Notes: a model not told the origin generated them from the letters alone. Shown: positions 10,483 to 20,639, counted from the stretch's first letter. The stretch is DNA of 64,000 nucleotides from Candidatus Falkowbacteria bacterium RIFOXYC2_FULL_36_12 (GCA_001778235.1 MFGJ01000008.1:61313-125312), one strand, 5' to 3'. Made by a program: numbers and translations.

Positions 10483-10830
10483 TTATTGCAATCTATTTCT
10501 ATGAAACATCTCATTTTGCACTGCGCCAGCAACAAAATCACTTCTCTTCAATTCAGCCAGTTGTTCCTTGGCTTCTGATTCTTCATTCAAATATTGTCTA
10601 GCATCAGGCAACACAGCTTTGACTCGAGCACTCCATTTTTTAAATTCATCTTCAGTCAACACCCCCAAAACTGAAACAAAAACCTCTCTTTTCGCTTGGT
10701 TATAAAAATCAATAATTGGGATTTTCTTATCCTCTCTTTTTTTTAATAACTTTTGATGTTCGATTATCATCACCGCCAATCGGAAGGCTTTATTATCAAT
10801 TTTCATATATCCCAATTTAATCATCTTCAA
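10483..10830 (-). CDS. Hypothetical protein
   Basis: A 115-aa ORF tightly packed in the minus-strand gene run; no recognisable motif. Confidence 0.45.
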   Translation of the reverse strand: MKMIKLGYMKIDNKAFRLAVMIIEHQKLLKKREDKKIPIIDFYNQAKREVFVSVLGVLTEDEFKKWSARVKAVLPDARQYLNEESEAKEQLAELKRSDFVAGAVQNEMFHRNRLQ

Positions 10831-10835
10831 AAAAA

Positions 10836-11228
10836 TTATTTTTCATCCAACTCCTTCCAAATCTCCTCAAAATCCTCCACATCCGCCTCAATTTCTTTAT
10901 TTGACTTTTTATGTTGTTCCTCTTCATCGTCAAATTCTTCCACTTCTTCAATTTTCTCTTTTGGCTCTTCTTTTTGCTTTTTTATTTTTTTATTTTCTGC
11001 TTTATTCTCTTTTTTAACCCAAGAATGTTTTTCCTTATTAAAAATCTTTTCCTGACTTGACCGCAAATAACCCCAAATCAAATTTACAAACCCCAACAAA
11101 TCAAAAATCAAAACCAGCCATAAATAATTTGACTTATCGCTGAAATAGACAATATAAGCTATTAACAATAAACTAAAACTGATTATTGTCCTAATTAACA
11201 ATTCTTTTTTTGCATCTATTTTCATCAC
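10836..11228 (-). CDS. Hypothetical membrane protein with an acidic C-terminal tail
   Basis: Two N-terminal transmembrane helices followed by a K/E-rich tail. Confidence 0.45.
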   Translation of the reverse strand: MMKIDAKKELLIRTIISFSLLLIAYIVYFSDKSNYLWLVLIFDLLGFVNLIWGYLRSSQEKIFNKEKHSWVKKENKAENKKIKKQKEEPKEKIEEVEEFDDEEEQHKKSNKEIEADVEDFEEIWKELDEK

Positions 11229-11842
11229 ATTGTTCTATTCCAATTATACCATTAAATTTGATGATAAACAAAAATCCCGCACAAACTGGGGATTTCTTTA
11301 CAAATCAAAATAAACCAAATATCACACACAATATTTCAACATCACAATATTACAAACTCTTTCCAACCACAAACAATCTCATCCAAACCCACATATTTAA
11401 AGCATCGAAAGTGAACATCACGGGGGTCTGGGGGGATTCTGCGCGTAATCAATGCAATAGGGATGAACAATGCAATTCGCATTGAATCCCCCCAGCACTT
11501 TTTCGTCCTTTTTGGTGTCAAAAAGGACCCGCAACGCGGAACCGAAACAAATATCTCTATATCTCAATAGCAATGGTGACAAAAGCATGCACCGAACTTG
11601 CTCGCCCTGTCGCATGACAGGGCTTGCCATGCAATTAAACTTATTTACAGTGCGCAGTTTCGGTGTAACACGCAGAGCGCCTGCCTACCCTGCCTACCCT
11701 GCCTACCGGCAGGCAGGCGGCAGGCAGGTAACCAATTACTTTACAAAAAGAATAACCCCCACAAATTAACAAAAAACCTTACTAAATCGTAAGGCTTTTT
11801 TCTAACCATATTTCCGACTTTATTTCCAACTTATTTCATCTT
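11229..11842. repeat. Mosaic intergenic repeat region with members of the window-wide GC-rich palindromic repeat families
   Basis: Contains aagcatcgaaagtgaacatcacgggggtctggggggattctgcgcgtaatcaat (compare 42941-43000 and 54909-54940), hairpins caatgc..gcattg and gtccttttt..aaaaaggac, and cctgcctaccggcaggcagg (compare 43419-43440). No ORF is credible here. Confidence 0.6.
11771..11802 (-). terminator. Bidirectional intrinsic terminator downstream of the 11843..13219 gene
   Basis: The hairpin ccttac-taaatc-gtaagg is flanked by an A-run and a T-run (aaaaaaccttactaaatcgtaaggctttttt). Confidence 0.6.
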
Positions 11843-13219
11843 TCAATACTTCATTTCCGTTTTACACTCTAGACAAAATTCAGGTTTTGCACTGATTATT
11901 TTCTGTATATTATATGTTCCATATTTCGGTGCTTCGAGGAAACCCTGCATTGAAGCTTCAGCAAACCAACCAGTTTCGAGCAAATCATACAACCACTCAT
12001 TGGTATAGATTGGGTTTTCTTGCTCAACCCCAGAACCAATTTTAAAAAGCCAATTTCGGTTAAATTTTTCTTGGGACCCAATAGTTGGCGCCATAATGAT
12101 CGGCAATCCAAGTGCAGTATAAAAACTCAACTCACTCGGTTTTGTCCACAAAATATCAGTTTCTTTCAACGCCTTATTAAATTTTTTGAAATAATCTTCT
12201 TTTGCCGGAGAATGAATAATTCTAATTCCTTTATTTAAATATTTATTCATTTTTAACTTTCTAAGCTCTGATTTATAATATTGTTCTATATCCTTATGTG
12301 TTCCTGCCACCAAATATATACGCAAATCACCACTCTTTATTGTTTGAAATAAACTTTTTATAATTTCAATGCCTATTTCCTTTTGCGCACCAGCACCACC
12401 AACCGCAAACATCAAAGTCAATTTATGATTACTCTTTGTTCGAGGATAATTTTTCTCACCTAGATGTATTCTGATGGATTCATCAAATCGATTTAAATAT
12501 TTTTTATTTGGATCAAGATTTATCAAACGATTTGCTACATCATATTTCAAAACATCCAAATCAATACTTCCGAGATTTTCAACTGGCAAAGGAAAACCTG
12601 TATGAAAAATTCTTTCATCTGGCACTCCATACAATTTTAGTCTTTCAACCGCTCTAGTACTCGGAGCCAAATATTTTATTCTACTCATTCGTGGGTCAAG
12701 TGCTACCCAAGTTCGGCTAATATCTGTATCAGTCACCACGGCAAAAATTTCTCCAGGGTAATCAAATTTTTCAGCCATAAAAGCTGTAACAAAAAAAGTT
12801 GTAATTAAAGGCAATGGCTTTTTGCCCATTTTTTTTATCAAATGCTCTCCCCACTTATATTTCTCAATCATGTGATACATGTATTTCAGTTGCATATTTG
12901 GTGCAGACAAATCCCGTTTTGGATAAAATTCAGGTATCTCTTGAAATTTATCAAACAAATCAAAAGCTGCTTGACCAATAAGTGGAACTTTTTTAAATCT
13001 AGAAATAAACTCGTAAAATCTCCGACTCTCTTTCCAAACTTTCAAATCTTTTTCTGGAATGCCAGGATAATTATTAGCGTTTATAACCTTTTTTTTGTAA
13101 GCAATTTTTTTCAGTGGTGCTGCAGCTCGCTGATGACCATATCCCATATCAACCGCCACTACCCAAGCCTTTTGATGATTTAATTTCATATTTATTTTTA
13201 CAAGCAAAAAATTATTCAA
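11843..13219 (-). CDS. Putative glycosyltransferase (MGDG-synthase/GT28-like N-terminal motif)
   Basis: A 458-aa protein with VVAVDMGYGHQRAA, resembling the GxGH(x)RAA motif of the MGDG-synthase/MurG-like GT-B family. The start may instead be the internal Met (MKLNHQ). Confidence 0.4.
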   Translation of the reverse strand: MNNFLLVKINMKLNHQKAWVVAVDMGYGHQRAAAPLKKIAYKKKVINANNYPGIPEKDLKVWKESRRFYEFISRFKKVPLIGQAAFDLFDKFQEIPEFYPKRDLSAPNMQLKYMYHMIEKYKWGEHLIKKMGKKPLPLITTFFVTAFMAEKFDYPGEIFAVVTDTDISRTWVALDPRMSRIKYLAPSTRAVERLKLYGVPDERIFHTGFPLPVENLGSIDLDVLKYDVANRLINLDPNKKYLNRFDESIRIHLGEKNYPRTKSNHKLTLMFAVGGAGAQKEIGIEIIKSLFQTIKSGDLRIYLVAGTHKDIEQYYKSELRKLKMNKYLNKGIRIIHSPAKEDYFKKFNKALKETDILWTKPSELSFYTALGLPIIMAPTIGSQEKFNRNWLFKIGSGVEQENPIYTNEWLYDLLETGWFAEASMQGFLEAPKYGTYNIQKIISAKPEFCLECKTEMKY

Positions 13220-13333
13220 TTCAATTATACCACATTCTTTGTATTAAATTCTAGATTGATTTTTTTTAAAACAAATAAATTACCTTCATCGGTAATCTAA
13301 ATATAAAATAATCAGTAAAAAACCATTTAATTC

Positions 13334-14491
13334 CTATTTTTTAACTTTTATAAAATACGCCGCCAGTATAGTTGCAATCGGCACAGCCATAGCCAATCCA
13401 ATACTTCCAACAAAGGCTCGAACGATTTCCGTTGCAATCATTTCATTATTAATGATTTGTGAAAAACTTACAAACGGATCCTGACGAACAGAAAAAATTA
13501 ATAGCAACGGCATTGAAGCCCCAGCATAAGCCAAAAACAAGGTATTGGTCATCGAACCAATGTGTGACACCCCGATTTTCATCGATCTTTTAAATACCTC
13601 GTAATTCGATAAGCTGGAATTAGCTTTTTTTATTTCATCAACAGCTGCAATTTGAGAAATCACTCCATCATCAAGTGCACCAAGAGTACCGATCATTATA
13701 CCAGCCAGTAGCAATCCACGAAAATTAATAATTCCTTTACCCAATCCAATCAAAAACATTGCTTCTTCATCAGAACTACCAGTCAACCTCGCCATATTAG
13801 TGAAAAAAATTGCCAATAAACCTGTTAACAGCAAGGAAATTACAATACTTGCAACTGCAAGATGAGATTTCCTATTCCAACCTTCAGTCAAATAAACAAT
13901 GATGAAAATAATAAAAACCGAACCAATTATTGTTATAAGCAATGGACTATCTCCAATCAATATACGAGGAATAATAAACCAGAGAATTACAAAAAAAGTC
14001 AAAACCAGACTTAGCAAAGCCTTTATCCCCTTCCACGATGCCACAAACACAATCAGCAAAACAAAAAATGCAACTAACCAAACTAAATAACCCTGACGCA
14101 CATAATCAGTAATAAAAAAGATATCATTGCCATCAGTATCAGGAGAATATAGCGCCAAAACCTTATCATCCTTTTTATACACATTACCACCAACAACATC
14201 CAGCTCACTTATCCCGAAATACTCAAACTCTTTACCAGCCCAATTACCATCCAATCCTTTTAATTTAAGATTTTGCTGAATAACAACCGAGCCGTCGCTT
14301 CTAGTCAAATCTCTCTGATCCATCACTTCAAGCACTTGTGCCTGAAAAACTTCCTGTTCAACTATTGGCGCTTGTTCAGCCTCCATCTCCACATTTACAA
14401 TTGAAACATTCTGCTCATTTGCAATTTCTTGTGCCAAAACATTATAGGGGAAAAAAGTCAGCAACATTAATATGATTAATAATTTTTTCAT
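13334..14491 (-). CDS. YibE/F-family membrane protein
   Basis: A signal peptide, an extracytoplasmic domain, then a multi-pass region with Gly-rich motifs (GLGKGIINFRGLLLAGIMIGTLGALDDG) typical of YibE/F. Confidence 0.7.
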   Translation of the reverse strand: MKKLLIILMLLTFFPYNVLAQEIANEQNVSIVNVEMEAEQAPIVEQEVFQAQVLEVMDQRDLTRSDGSVVIQQNLKLKGLDGNWAGKEFEYFGISELDVVGGNVYKKDDKVLALYSPDTDGNDIFFITDYVRQGYLVWLVAFFVLLIVFVASWKGIKALLSLVLTFFVILWFIIPRILIGDSPLLITIIGSVFIIFIIVYLTEGWNRKSHLAVASIVISLLLTGLLAIFFTNMARLTGSSDEEAMFLIGLGKGIINFRGLLLAGIMIGTLGALDDGVISQIAAVDEIKKANSSLSNYEVFKRSMKIGVSHIGSMTNTLFLAYAGASMPLLLIFSVRQDPFVSFSQIINNEMIATEIVRAFVGSIGLAMAVPIATILAAYFIKVKK

Positions 14492-15570
14492 AATTTATTT
14501 TCCAAATCCTGATTTTTTAGAATAATTTTATCCTCCAAACTTGAATCATGAACTTTTAGTCCATCTTTTTTAACCAATTGATTTATATTTTCAGCAATTT
14601 GTTCCAGTTCATCATTTGTTGGTATAATCAAATTAAATTCAGTATTACCTTCTGATAAAATTTTTATACCTTCAATTAATTTATTCAAATTATTGGAAAC
14701 CCGATTAGAATAAATTAAACTAACAATCACCACAATAAACAATGCTATCAGACTCACAAGACCTATTTGAATCAAATTCACTTGCATTACTTGATAAATG
14801 TCCACTGCCGGCCATTCAACTACCACTAACCAATTCAAATTACCAATCTCACTCACCGAGCCACTAACAATTTTTGAGCTAAGACCAATATAACTTTTGC
14901 CTGAAAGTAAATCAGTTTCTATGACAGAATAATCAAAGTTATTCAGATCAGCCTCTCCCAAATAGGCCAAAATATTTCTGTCACTGTCAACTATATAAGC
15001 ATAAGCTCCGGGAGCAACCAAGACTTCAGGTAAAAAACTTTCCAAATTTTTCAATTTTACTTTTGTTTTTATTACTCCGACTACAGTTTTCAAACTATTA
15101 ACTACTGGAGTTGCAATGATGATGTTTTGCTGATCTTCATCAGCTCTTCCGAGAAAATAATCACCACCAATTGCTCGCTTAAACATTTGATCTCCAACAT
15201 ACTTTTTATTTGTAACCACAAAATCAGAACTCCTAGTCAGAAGCAATCCCTCAACTCCACGACTATTGATAAATGAAACTTCTTGAATATCTGAATCCTT
15301 GTTTAAAATTTCTTGTAAAACATACCTTTGCTGTTCATCGGTCACCATTCCAATATTATCTTGAATTACCTGAACACTTGTTACTTCAAATTTTTGTTGA
15401 AAATAATCAGCTATATTTTCATTAATATTTTGCTGAATCTGAAGCTGAATTGTTTCTAAATTTTTTTCCTGAACCTGTTTTAAACTATAAATTGCCCAGC
15501 CACTTGAAATCACCAAAGGAATAATCGCCACCAGAAAAAAAAGCATGAGTGTTTTATAACGCATTTTCAT
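14488..15570 (-). CDS. Hypothetical membrane protein with a Cache-like extracytoplasmic domain between two transmembrane helices and no output domain
   Basis: TM1 lies at residues about 8-30 and TM2 at about 265-287, with a roughly 230-aa domain between them. The short C-terminus is coiled-coil. Confidence 0.45.
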   Translation of the reverse strand: MKMRYKTLMLFFLVAIIPLVISSGWAIYSLKQVQEKNLETIQLQIQQNINENIADYFQQKFEVTSVQVIQDNIGMVTDEQQRYVLQEILNKDSDIQEVSFINSRGVEGLLLTRSSDFVVTNKKYVGDQMFKRAIGGDYFLGRADEDQQNIIIATPVVNSLKTVVGVIKTKVKLKNLESFLPEVLVAPGAYAYIVDSDRNILAYLGEADLNNFDYSVIETDLLSGKSYIGLSSKIVSGSVSEIGNLNWLVVVEWPAVDIYQVMQVNLIQIGLVSLIALFIVVIVSLIYSNRVSNNLNKLIEGIKILSEGNTEFNLIIPTNDELEQIAENINQLVKKDGLKVHDSSLEDKIILKNQDLENKL

Positions 15571-15635
15571 ATAATCTAAATATATTTATAACAATATAAT
15601 AACACAAAAGCGCTCGACTGGCGAACGCTTTACCC

Positions 15636-15989
15636 CTAATTCATTTTTTTAAATTTGACTGAAAACACAGGCTCATAATTTGATTCGTATTTATCAGTTA
15701 TTTCAATCGGTTCACCTTTCATTATCGTAGTCAAAGCCAAATCACTTAACATTTGATTGTCCGTATCAATATCATCTTTTATATCTTCTAATTGCTGAAA
15801 TTCTGAACTAAAGTCCTCCTGTACTGACAATTCTAATTCTTTCTTCTTGGCTCGAGCAGTCTGAAGATTTTCCACCGCTTCCTTGTAACCTGGAGTTGTC
15901 TCGAGCGCGTCTTTGTAGGACATTTTTAATTCTTTTTGCTTTTGTTTTTTTTCTTGAATCCGATCAAAAATCTCTTGGATGTCTTTCAT
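15636..15989 (-). CDS. Hypothetical coiled-coil protein
   Basis: A 117-aa ORF, charged and helical. Confidence 0.45.
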   Translation of the reverse strand: MKDIQEIFDRIQEKKQKQKELKMSYKDALETTPGYKEAVENLQTARAKKKELELSVQEDFSSEFQQLEDIKDDIDTDNQMLSDLALTTIMKGEPIEITDKYESNYEPVFSVKFKKMN

Positions 15990-16143
15990 AATGTATAACT
16001 ATATGATGAATAATAATCGCATTATAACACAATATAATTATCATTTACAAAACATCTTAATAACTCTCTATTGACAACCACTGCATTTTGTATTATATTA
16101 TTATTTTCCAAGTGCATCGCCAAGCAGGAAGAGGAGCTAACCA

Positions 16144-16428
16144 ATGTGGATGCGCGAAGATGATAATATGCCTCATGGACCAAGGTTTGTAAGGAAAATC
16201 GCCAATGAAACAATTGTCATTCTTGTTCTTTTCTCTGATGATATCATTGCTTTTACCATCAATAACGGACAAATCGAGAGACTCTCGAGAAAAACCAATC
16301 AATCTGAACCTGAATCTGAACAAGATTTTTTGAAGCGTGCTATTGCTCACTGCGACTCACTTCTCTCTGTGCACAACATTGAACCAGAGCATGAACAATT
16401 TCTCCAAACAGCCTTTATCCAAGTTTGA
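16144..16428 (+). CDS. Hypothetical small protein (94 aa), a lone plus-strand gene
   Basis: The RBS aggaagaggag lies 8 nt upstream of the ATG. A perfect hairpin terminator (agtttgag-taacat-ctcaaact followed by tttttt) overlaps the stop codon. Confidence 0.45.
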   Translation: MWMREDDNMPHGPRFVRKIANETIVILVLFSDDIIAFTINNGQIERLSRKTNQSEPESEQDFLKRAIAHCDSLLSVHNIEPEHEQFLQTAFIQV

Positions 16429-16449
16429 GTAACATCTCAAACTTTTTTG
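16422..16449 (+). terminator. Intrinsic terminator of the plus-strand small gene
   Basis: A perfect 8-bp stem with a 6-nt loop and a T6 run. Confidence 0.6.
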
Positions 16450-16473
16450 AACCAGATTAATTTATTTTAAATT

Positions 16474-17568
16474 TTATCCATTGATGAAATCTCTTTTTTT
16501 CCCTATTTTCGAAGACAGCCTTCTCTCATATTCAGCCAAAGCAGAACTCACGACTTCACTTATTGAATTCCTAATCTCAAAAATTTTAGCTTCTCTTTTC
16601 TCTCTATCACCACTAACTAATTTGTCCAAATATCCCTTTTTCCCAGCCTCTCGCATAATTTCATCAACATAAGATTTCCTTTTATTTACAATCATTTGTT
16701 CAGGACTAACATATTCGCGGGTTTGCCTATCAAGCTCTTCTTTATTTTCAAATTTTAATTTAGTCAACTCATCTGAAGTTATCTTTTTACCATCTGGCAA
16801 TACAAATTTTCCTTTACTAAATAAACCAGTTGCTGGAGCCGCAGCATCTAACTCTTCAGATTTTTTACGAGCCTTATCAATAGATCCTTCCAAATTAACA
16901 AACTTAAAAGCATCGAACTCTCCTACTTGCTGTTCAAGATCAATTTTTGCTCTATCCATTATAGATCTACTAATATCATTTATCGCTTTTCTTGTTGAAA
17001 TTTCACTTTCCTTAGCTATTCCATCATTTTTTTTATCCTGTTTTTCTTTTTTTCTTCTACCAATATTCTCAACACTACTTTCAAGTTTAGATTTGAATCC
17101 TTTAAGAATTTCTTGTGCCGCACGAACTTCGTTAGCTTTCTTTTCACTCATACCACGAGTCCTATCAACATGAGCTTTCCAACCCTCATTTTTATCCAGA
17201 CTTACACCCGTTGCAGCTTCTCGACTTTTCTTGAGTTGAGTCAATCCCTCCTCAACCCGAACCTGGTCTGTCTCTGCCAAATTCAATTTACCAGCAAATT
17301 TATCAAGTGGGACTGTAAGTCTACTTATAATTTCATTCAAACCATTTTCAAATTGTGCTAACTCATCATCGCTCAAAGATCCTTCATTGTTTTGTAATCT
17401 TTGAATCATTTCTTCAGCAGTGCCTTTCAACGCATCAACAATTTTCTTAGCTTCCTGCATTTCTACGCTTAATTGTTCAGGCTTTACATTTTTCTCATTT
17501 TCAAAATTTTTAGTCCCCTCTTGTTTAACATCCACATTTTCACCTGCGAAAACCATATTATTAATCAT
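16474..17568 (-). CDS. Hypothetical coiled-coil protein (364 aa)
   Basis: Long charged helical segments; no catalytic motifs seen. Confidence 0.5.
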   Translation of the reverse strand: MINNMVFAGENVDVKQEGTKNFENEKNVKPEQLSVEMQEAKKIVDALKGTAEEMIQRLQNNEGSLSDDELAQFENGLNEIISRLTVPLDKFAGKLNLAETDQVRVEEGLTQLKKSREAATGVSLDKNEGWKAHVDRTRGMSEKKANEVRAAQEILKGFKSKLESSVENIGRRKKEKQDKKNDGIAKESEISTRKAINDISRSIMDRAKIDLEQQVGEFDAFKFVNLEGSIDKARKKSEELDAAAPATGLFSKGKFVLPDGKKITSDELTKLKFENKEELDRQTREYVSPEQMIVNKRKSYVDEIMREAGKKGYLDKLVSGDREKREAKIFEIRNSISEVVSSALAEYERRLSSKIGKKRDFING

Positions 17569-17716
17569 TATTAATATTTTTTCTTAATTCAATTATCTTT
17601 TTATCATTAATTTTTTGTTTATAATCAGCAAATAATCTTTTCATTTCATTTTCTAAATGATCTATTTCTCTTTTAAATTCTCTTTTGTATTGATTTAATT
17701 CTTTTTGATTAATCAT
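17561..17716 (-). CDS. Possible small protein (51 aa), below the ORF-track length cutoff
   Basis: Own translation gives MINQKELNQYKREFKREIDHLENEMKRLFADYKQKINDKKIIELRKNINND. The stop overlaps the start of the downstream gene by 8 nt, which suggests translational coupling. Confidence 0.3.
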   Translation of the reverse strand: MINQKELNQYKREFKREIDHLENEMKRLFADYKQKINDKKIIELRKNINND

Positions 17717-17907
17717 AAATTTAATAATTTTATCTGACTATTTTATTAAACAAATGTCTATTATATATGTTATCATATAATCATAAAAATGTCCTAATAC
17801 TCAAATACAGCTTAAAAAACAAAATAATCTGCGTCTCTACCTCCATTTCAGTAACATCTCAAATTTTTTTATTTAACAAAAAAACCAAATTAATAAGGTG
17901 TTTTATT

Positions 17908-17983
17908 TGGCTCCCAGACCAGGACTCGAACCTGGAACTTCGCGTTAACAGCGCGATGTTATACCGATTTTACTATCCGGGAA
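17908..17983 (-). tRNA. tRNA-Asn (anticodon GTT) with an encoded CCA
   Basis: The reverse complement reads TCCCGGATAGTAAAATCGGTATAACATCGCGCTGTTAACGCGAAGTTCCAGGTTCGAGTCCTGGTCTGGGAGCCA, with anticodon loop CUGUUAA. Confidence 0.8.
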
Positions 17984-18151
17984 TAATATTGACAAAAAAA
18001 GCCAGCTTTTGCGCTGACTCTCTTTTTTATATGAAATAAAATTACGAGAACAGCGCTGGCCGACTATTATTATTGTTATTATCTAAATTTTTTCTTGAAT
18101 ATTTCATACAATAATACTTTAACACTATTTTCCTATCTCTGTCAAATAATC

Positions 18152-19003
18152 CTAGGGTTCTAATATCCCTTCTGTTTGTCCATTAATGGAAATTACAACC
18201 GAATTAATCGTAGTAAACTGTTTCAATGTTTGCTCAATTTCAGCATAAATACCTTGAATCCGACAAGAACCAGCTACTTGATAATTTAACTGATGATCAA
18301 AATCAACTCTTGCCACTCCATTATCAATTGCAAGCGAATTCAATTTAACACCATCATTAATCATAGTCGTATAACCCTGATCCAATTCATTTTTTGTCGG
18401 ACCCGCCAATAACTGATCCAAAGTAGCTTCTTCCATCATTTGTGACAATTGTATCTGCCTTTCAAAAGGGAAAACTTCAGTACAATTTGTGCTATAAATT
18501 TTCGGGAAAAATACATTAGCTTTCACTGTTCTCTGCATCACTCCCAGATTAACAAAAAACGAATAAGATTTATCCATACTTGAATCACCAGAGGGATTAT
18601 CTTTCTTGAAAATAATTTTCAATTTTGTTGCTTCAACCGGTGGAACAAATTTTAATTCAGCCTGAAAAGGCACAAAATCATCTGTCATCCAATCCCCATC
18701 AGCCGTCGCTATTCCCGTTGCAACAGTTTGTCCGACCTGATCCTCCACTTCAATCGGAAAATCACCTTCAAAAAACCAATTACCTCTAGCTTTACCACGA
18801 ATTTGAATCGGCAAATCCACTTCCGATTCAGGGACAGGATAATCAATAACAATATCAACTTCCTCACCTTCAATAACATCAGTCAAACTATTAGGCACAT
18901 TTTCATCTATTTCCTGTGTAAACATATACAACCCAGCCACAATCAATAAAACCATGACCGACAGAATAATAACATAGCTTAATGTTTTCATAAAATTATT
19001 CAT
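18152..19003 (-). CDS. GerMN-domain protein with an N-terminal transmembrane anchor and an Ig-like (Gmad2-type) domain
   Basis: It has a Gmad2-like segment (IQIRGKARGNWFFEGDFPIEVEDQVGQTVATG) and a C-terminal GerMN-like segment (DQLLAGPTKNELDQGYTT...ARVDFDHQL). The start is set at the internal Met (MNNFMKT). Confidence 0.6.
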   Translation of the reverse strand: MNNFMKTLSYVIILSVMVLLIVAGLYMFTQEIDENVPNSLTDVIEGEEVDIVIDYPVPESEVDLPIQIRGKARGNWFFEGDFPIEVEDQVGQTVATGIATADGDWMTDDFVPFQAELKFVPPVEATKLKIIFKKDNPSGDSSMDKSYSFFVNLGVMQRTVKANVFFPKIYSTNCTEVFPFERQIQLSQMMEEATLDQLLAGPTKNELDQGYTTMINDGVKLNSLAIDNGVARVDFDHQLNYQVAGSCRIQGIYAEIEQTLKQFTTINSVVISINGQTEGILEP

Positions 19004-19050
19004 TATATTATATTTAAAACTTACACCATACAGCAAAATAACTCAATATT

Positions 19051-19081
19051 TAAAAATAAAAAATGAGAGCTGTTTCTCTCA
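19051..19081 (-). terminator. Intrinsic terminator after the 19082..19423 gene
   Basis: On the minus strand the hairpin tgagag-aaacag-ctctca is followed by tttttatttttaaa. Confidence 0.5.
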
Positions 19082-19423
19082 CTATTTTGTACTAATTGCC
19101 AACTTATTTGGTTTACCAGCCTTAGCATCTTTTATGCCATCATAAAAAAATCCTTCAATTACAATAAAATCTCTGATTTCTTTGACACTAAATTTATGAT
19201 CCAGACAAAATTTCCTCACCGAAAATATTCTGATATCATTATCCTTCTTCGCTATCTGCAATGAGTAACCCAGGTTATAAGCATCATCACATATTTTCCT
19301 CAACCTCTCGGGTACGATCTTTTGCTTCTCTCGCAATACTATCACTGCTTTCGTATTCCTCTTTACCAACCAGATAAAAAATGCTAGCACAACAATAATT
19401 CCAACAACCAGATAGTTTGTCAT
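19082..19423 (-). CDS. Hypothetical membrane-anchored protein
   Basis: A 113-aa ORF with an N-terminal transmembrane helix. Confidence 0.45.
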   Translation of the reverse strand: MTNYLVVGIIVVLAFFIWLVKRNTKAVIVLREKQKIVPERLRKICDDAYNLGYSLQIAKKDNDIRIFSVRKFCLDHKFSVKEIRDFIVIEGFFYDGIKDAKAGKPNKLAISTK

Positions 19424-19815
19424 ACTGCACCTCCATCCAGATTATCAATCACCCGACTTTCCCGATCAAATTGCTCCCATTCTTCAAATCCGATTTCTTG
19501 CAATTTATTCCTCGCAAAATTTTTCTCACCTCTCTGGCAATCATTAAAACCATCATGGAAAGCCTGTCTGATCAGTTGCAAATCTTCCAAATTTTCAATT
19601 CGGTTATTTTTCACAATCTGCCATCGCTTTATATCATCAATAGTAAAACCAACTGCTCTATTATTTTCAATTGAAGCCTGAAAATACCCGGCATCATAGG
19701 CCAATGCCCTAAGATAATCAATCTGTGAAATCCTGCATTTGTTTTTATAAGAAATTATTTTCACTAAAATAACCAGGCAAATCAAACACCAAACAACTTT
19801 CATCCATAGATCCAT
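19420..19815 (-). CDS. Hypothetical membrane-anchored protein
   Basis: A 131-aa ORF with an N-terminal transmembrane helix; its end overlaps the next gene by 4 nt. Confidence 0.45.
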   Translation of the reverse strand: MDLWMKVVWCLICLVILVKIISYKNKCRISQIDYLRALAYDAGYFQASIENNRAVGFTIDDIKRWQIVKNNRIENLEDLQLIRQAFHDGFNDCQRGEKNFARNKLQEIGFEEWEQFDRESRVIDNLDGGAV

Positions 19816-19901
19816 TGGCTCTCCTTTCTCTTTACAAGGAACAAAATATATTACAGCTTATCAACAAAAATTAATTTTGTCAATCAAAAAACTCCCAATT
19901 A

Positions 19902-20081
19902 TTAATAAGAAGTTTTTAACATCTTTATTACTTGACGCAAATCGCGAATCGTACTGCTAGTATGTAATACCATTACAAAATCACGATTAATCACATATTT
20001 CCAGAAATTTCTGCGAGCGGCTATGAGCTGAAATTCCAATTCAACCATACTCATCTGCGATACAAATAATCCTGCAAGCAT
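19902..20081 (-). CDS. Hypothetical small protein (59 aa)
   Basis: A strong RBS, ggaaggagg, lies 5 nt upstream of the ATG (MLAGLFVSQ...), directly after the stop of the 20097..20639 gene. Confidence 0.45.
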   Translation of the reverse strand: MLAGLFVSQMSMVELEFQLIAARRNFWKYVINRDFVMVLHTSSTIRDLRQVIKMLKTSY

Positions 20082-20096
20082 CAAAGCCTCCTTCCG

Positions 20097-20639
20097 CTAA
20101 GCCGTGTTTCTACCAACTGTCGGCAAAAATTCCAGTTTTGATTTACCAATCGCCAATATCAATGGTTTGTCCAATTCTCGACCTTCATGGTTCATCAAGG
20201 CCAGAGCACAACTACGATGCATCCCCTCAATCACAAAATTTTTACCACCCACAGTCAAAACAGTAATGACTTTACTATCTGGAAAATTATTTTTCATAGC
20301 TTGAATCGTCGGAATTGCTACAATCTCTGACATCTCTGCCAATTCAACAAATTTCTTTGTTACTTCTCCACCATAATATTTTTCAATCCAAGTACGAAAA
20401 GGTCCGCCATACATTCCAGCAATTACTTCAGCTGGTTTGTCAATCTGATACAATCCCCAATCAGCATTCATGCAGTCAAATCGATCAGCATAACCACACA
20501 ATCTCCATTCAGCCCAAGAAGCAAAACCTCTTTCCATTGCCAATTTTTGCCAACTAGGATTTTCACCTTCATTCAAATACCAAAAAAGAAAAACCTCTTC
20601 CCATTTTAACCTACGAATTAGCTTAAATTCACTTTTCAT
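20097..20639 (-). CDS. Hypothetical protein (181 aa)
   Basis: Starts at the ATG at 20637-20639 (MKSEFKL) with the RBS aaagggaaagg. The longer track ORF would overlap tRNA-Gln and is rejected. Confidence 0.5.
   Translation of the reverse strand: MKSEFKLIRRLKWEEVFLFWYLNEGENPSWQKLAMERGFASWAEWRLCGYADRFDCMNADWGLYQIDKPAEVIAGMYGGPFRTWIEKYYGGEVTKKFVELAEMSEIVAIPTIQAMKNNFPDSKVITVLTVGGKNFVIEGMHRSCALALMNHEGRELDKPLILAIGKSKLEFLPTVGRNTA

Noticed and set aside
11210-11792. ORFs 11210..11485, 11418..11630, 11470..11769 and 11598..11792
   Set aside because: They overlap mutually in different frames inside a hairpin-rich repeat region (poly-CCTGCCTAC and similar). They are GC-rich repeats, not genes.
17821-17872. 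Shared motif gtaacatctcaaa with T-run at 17848-17872, resembling the 16422-16449 terminator
   Set aside because: Only the loop and half-stem are shared and no complementary arm is present at 17.85 kb, so it is not a second terminator. It is likely a chance or partial-repeat match.
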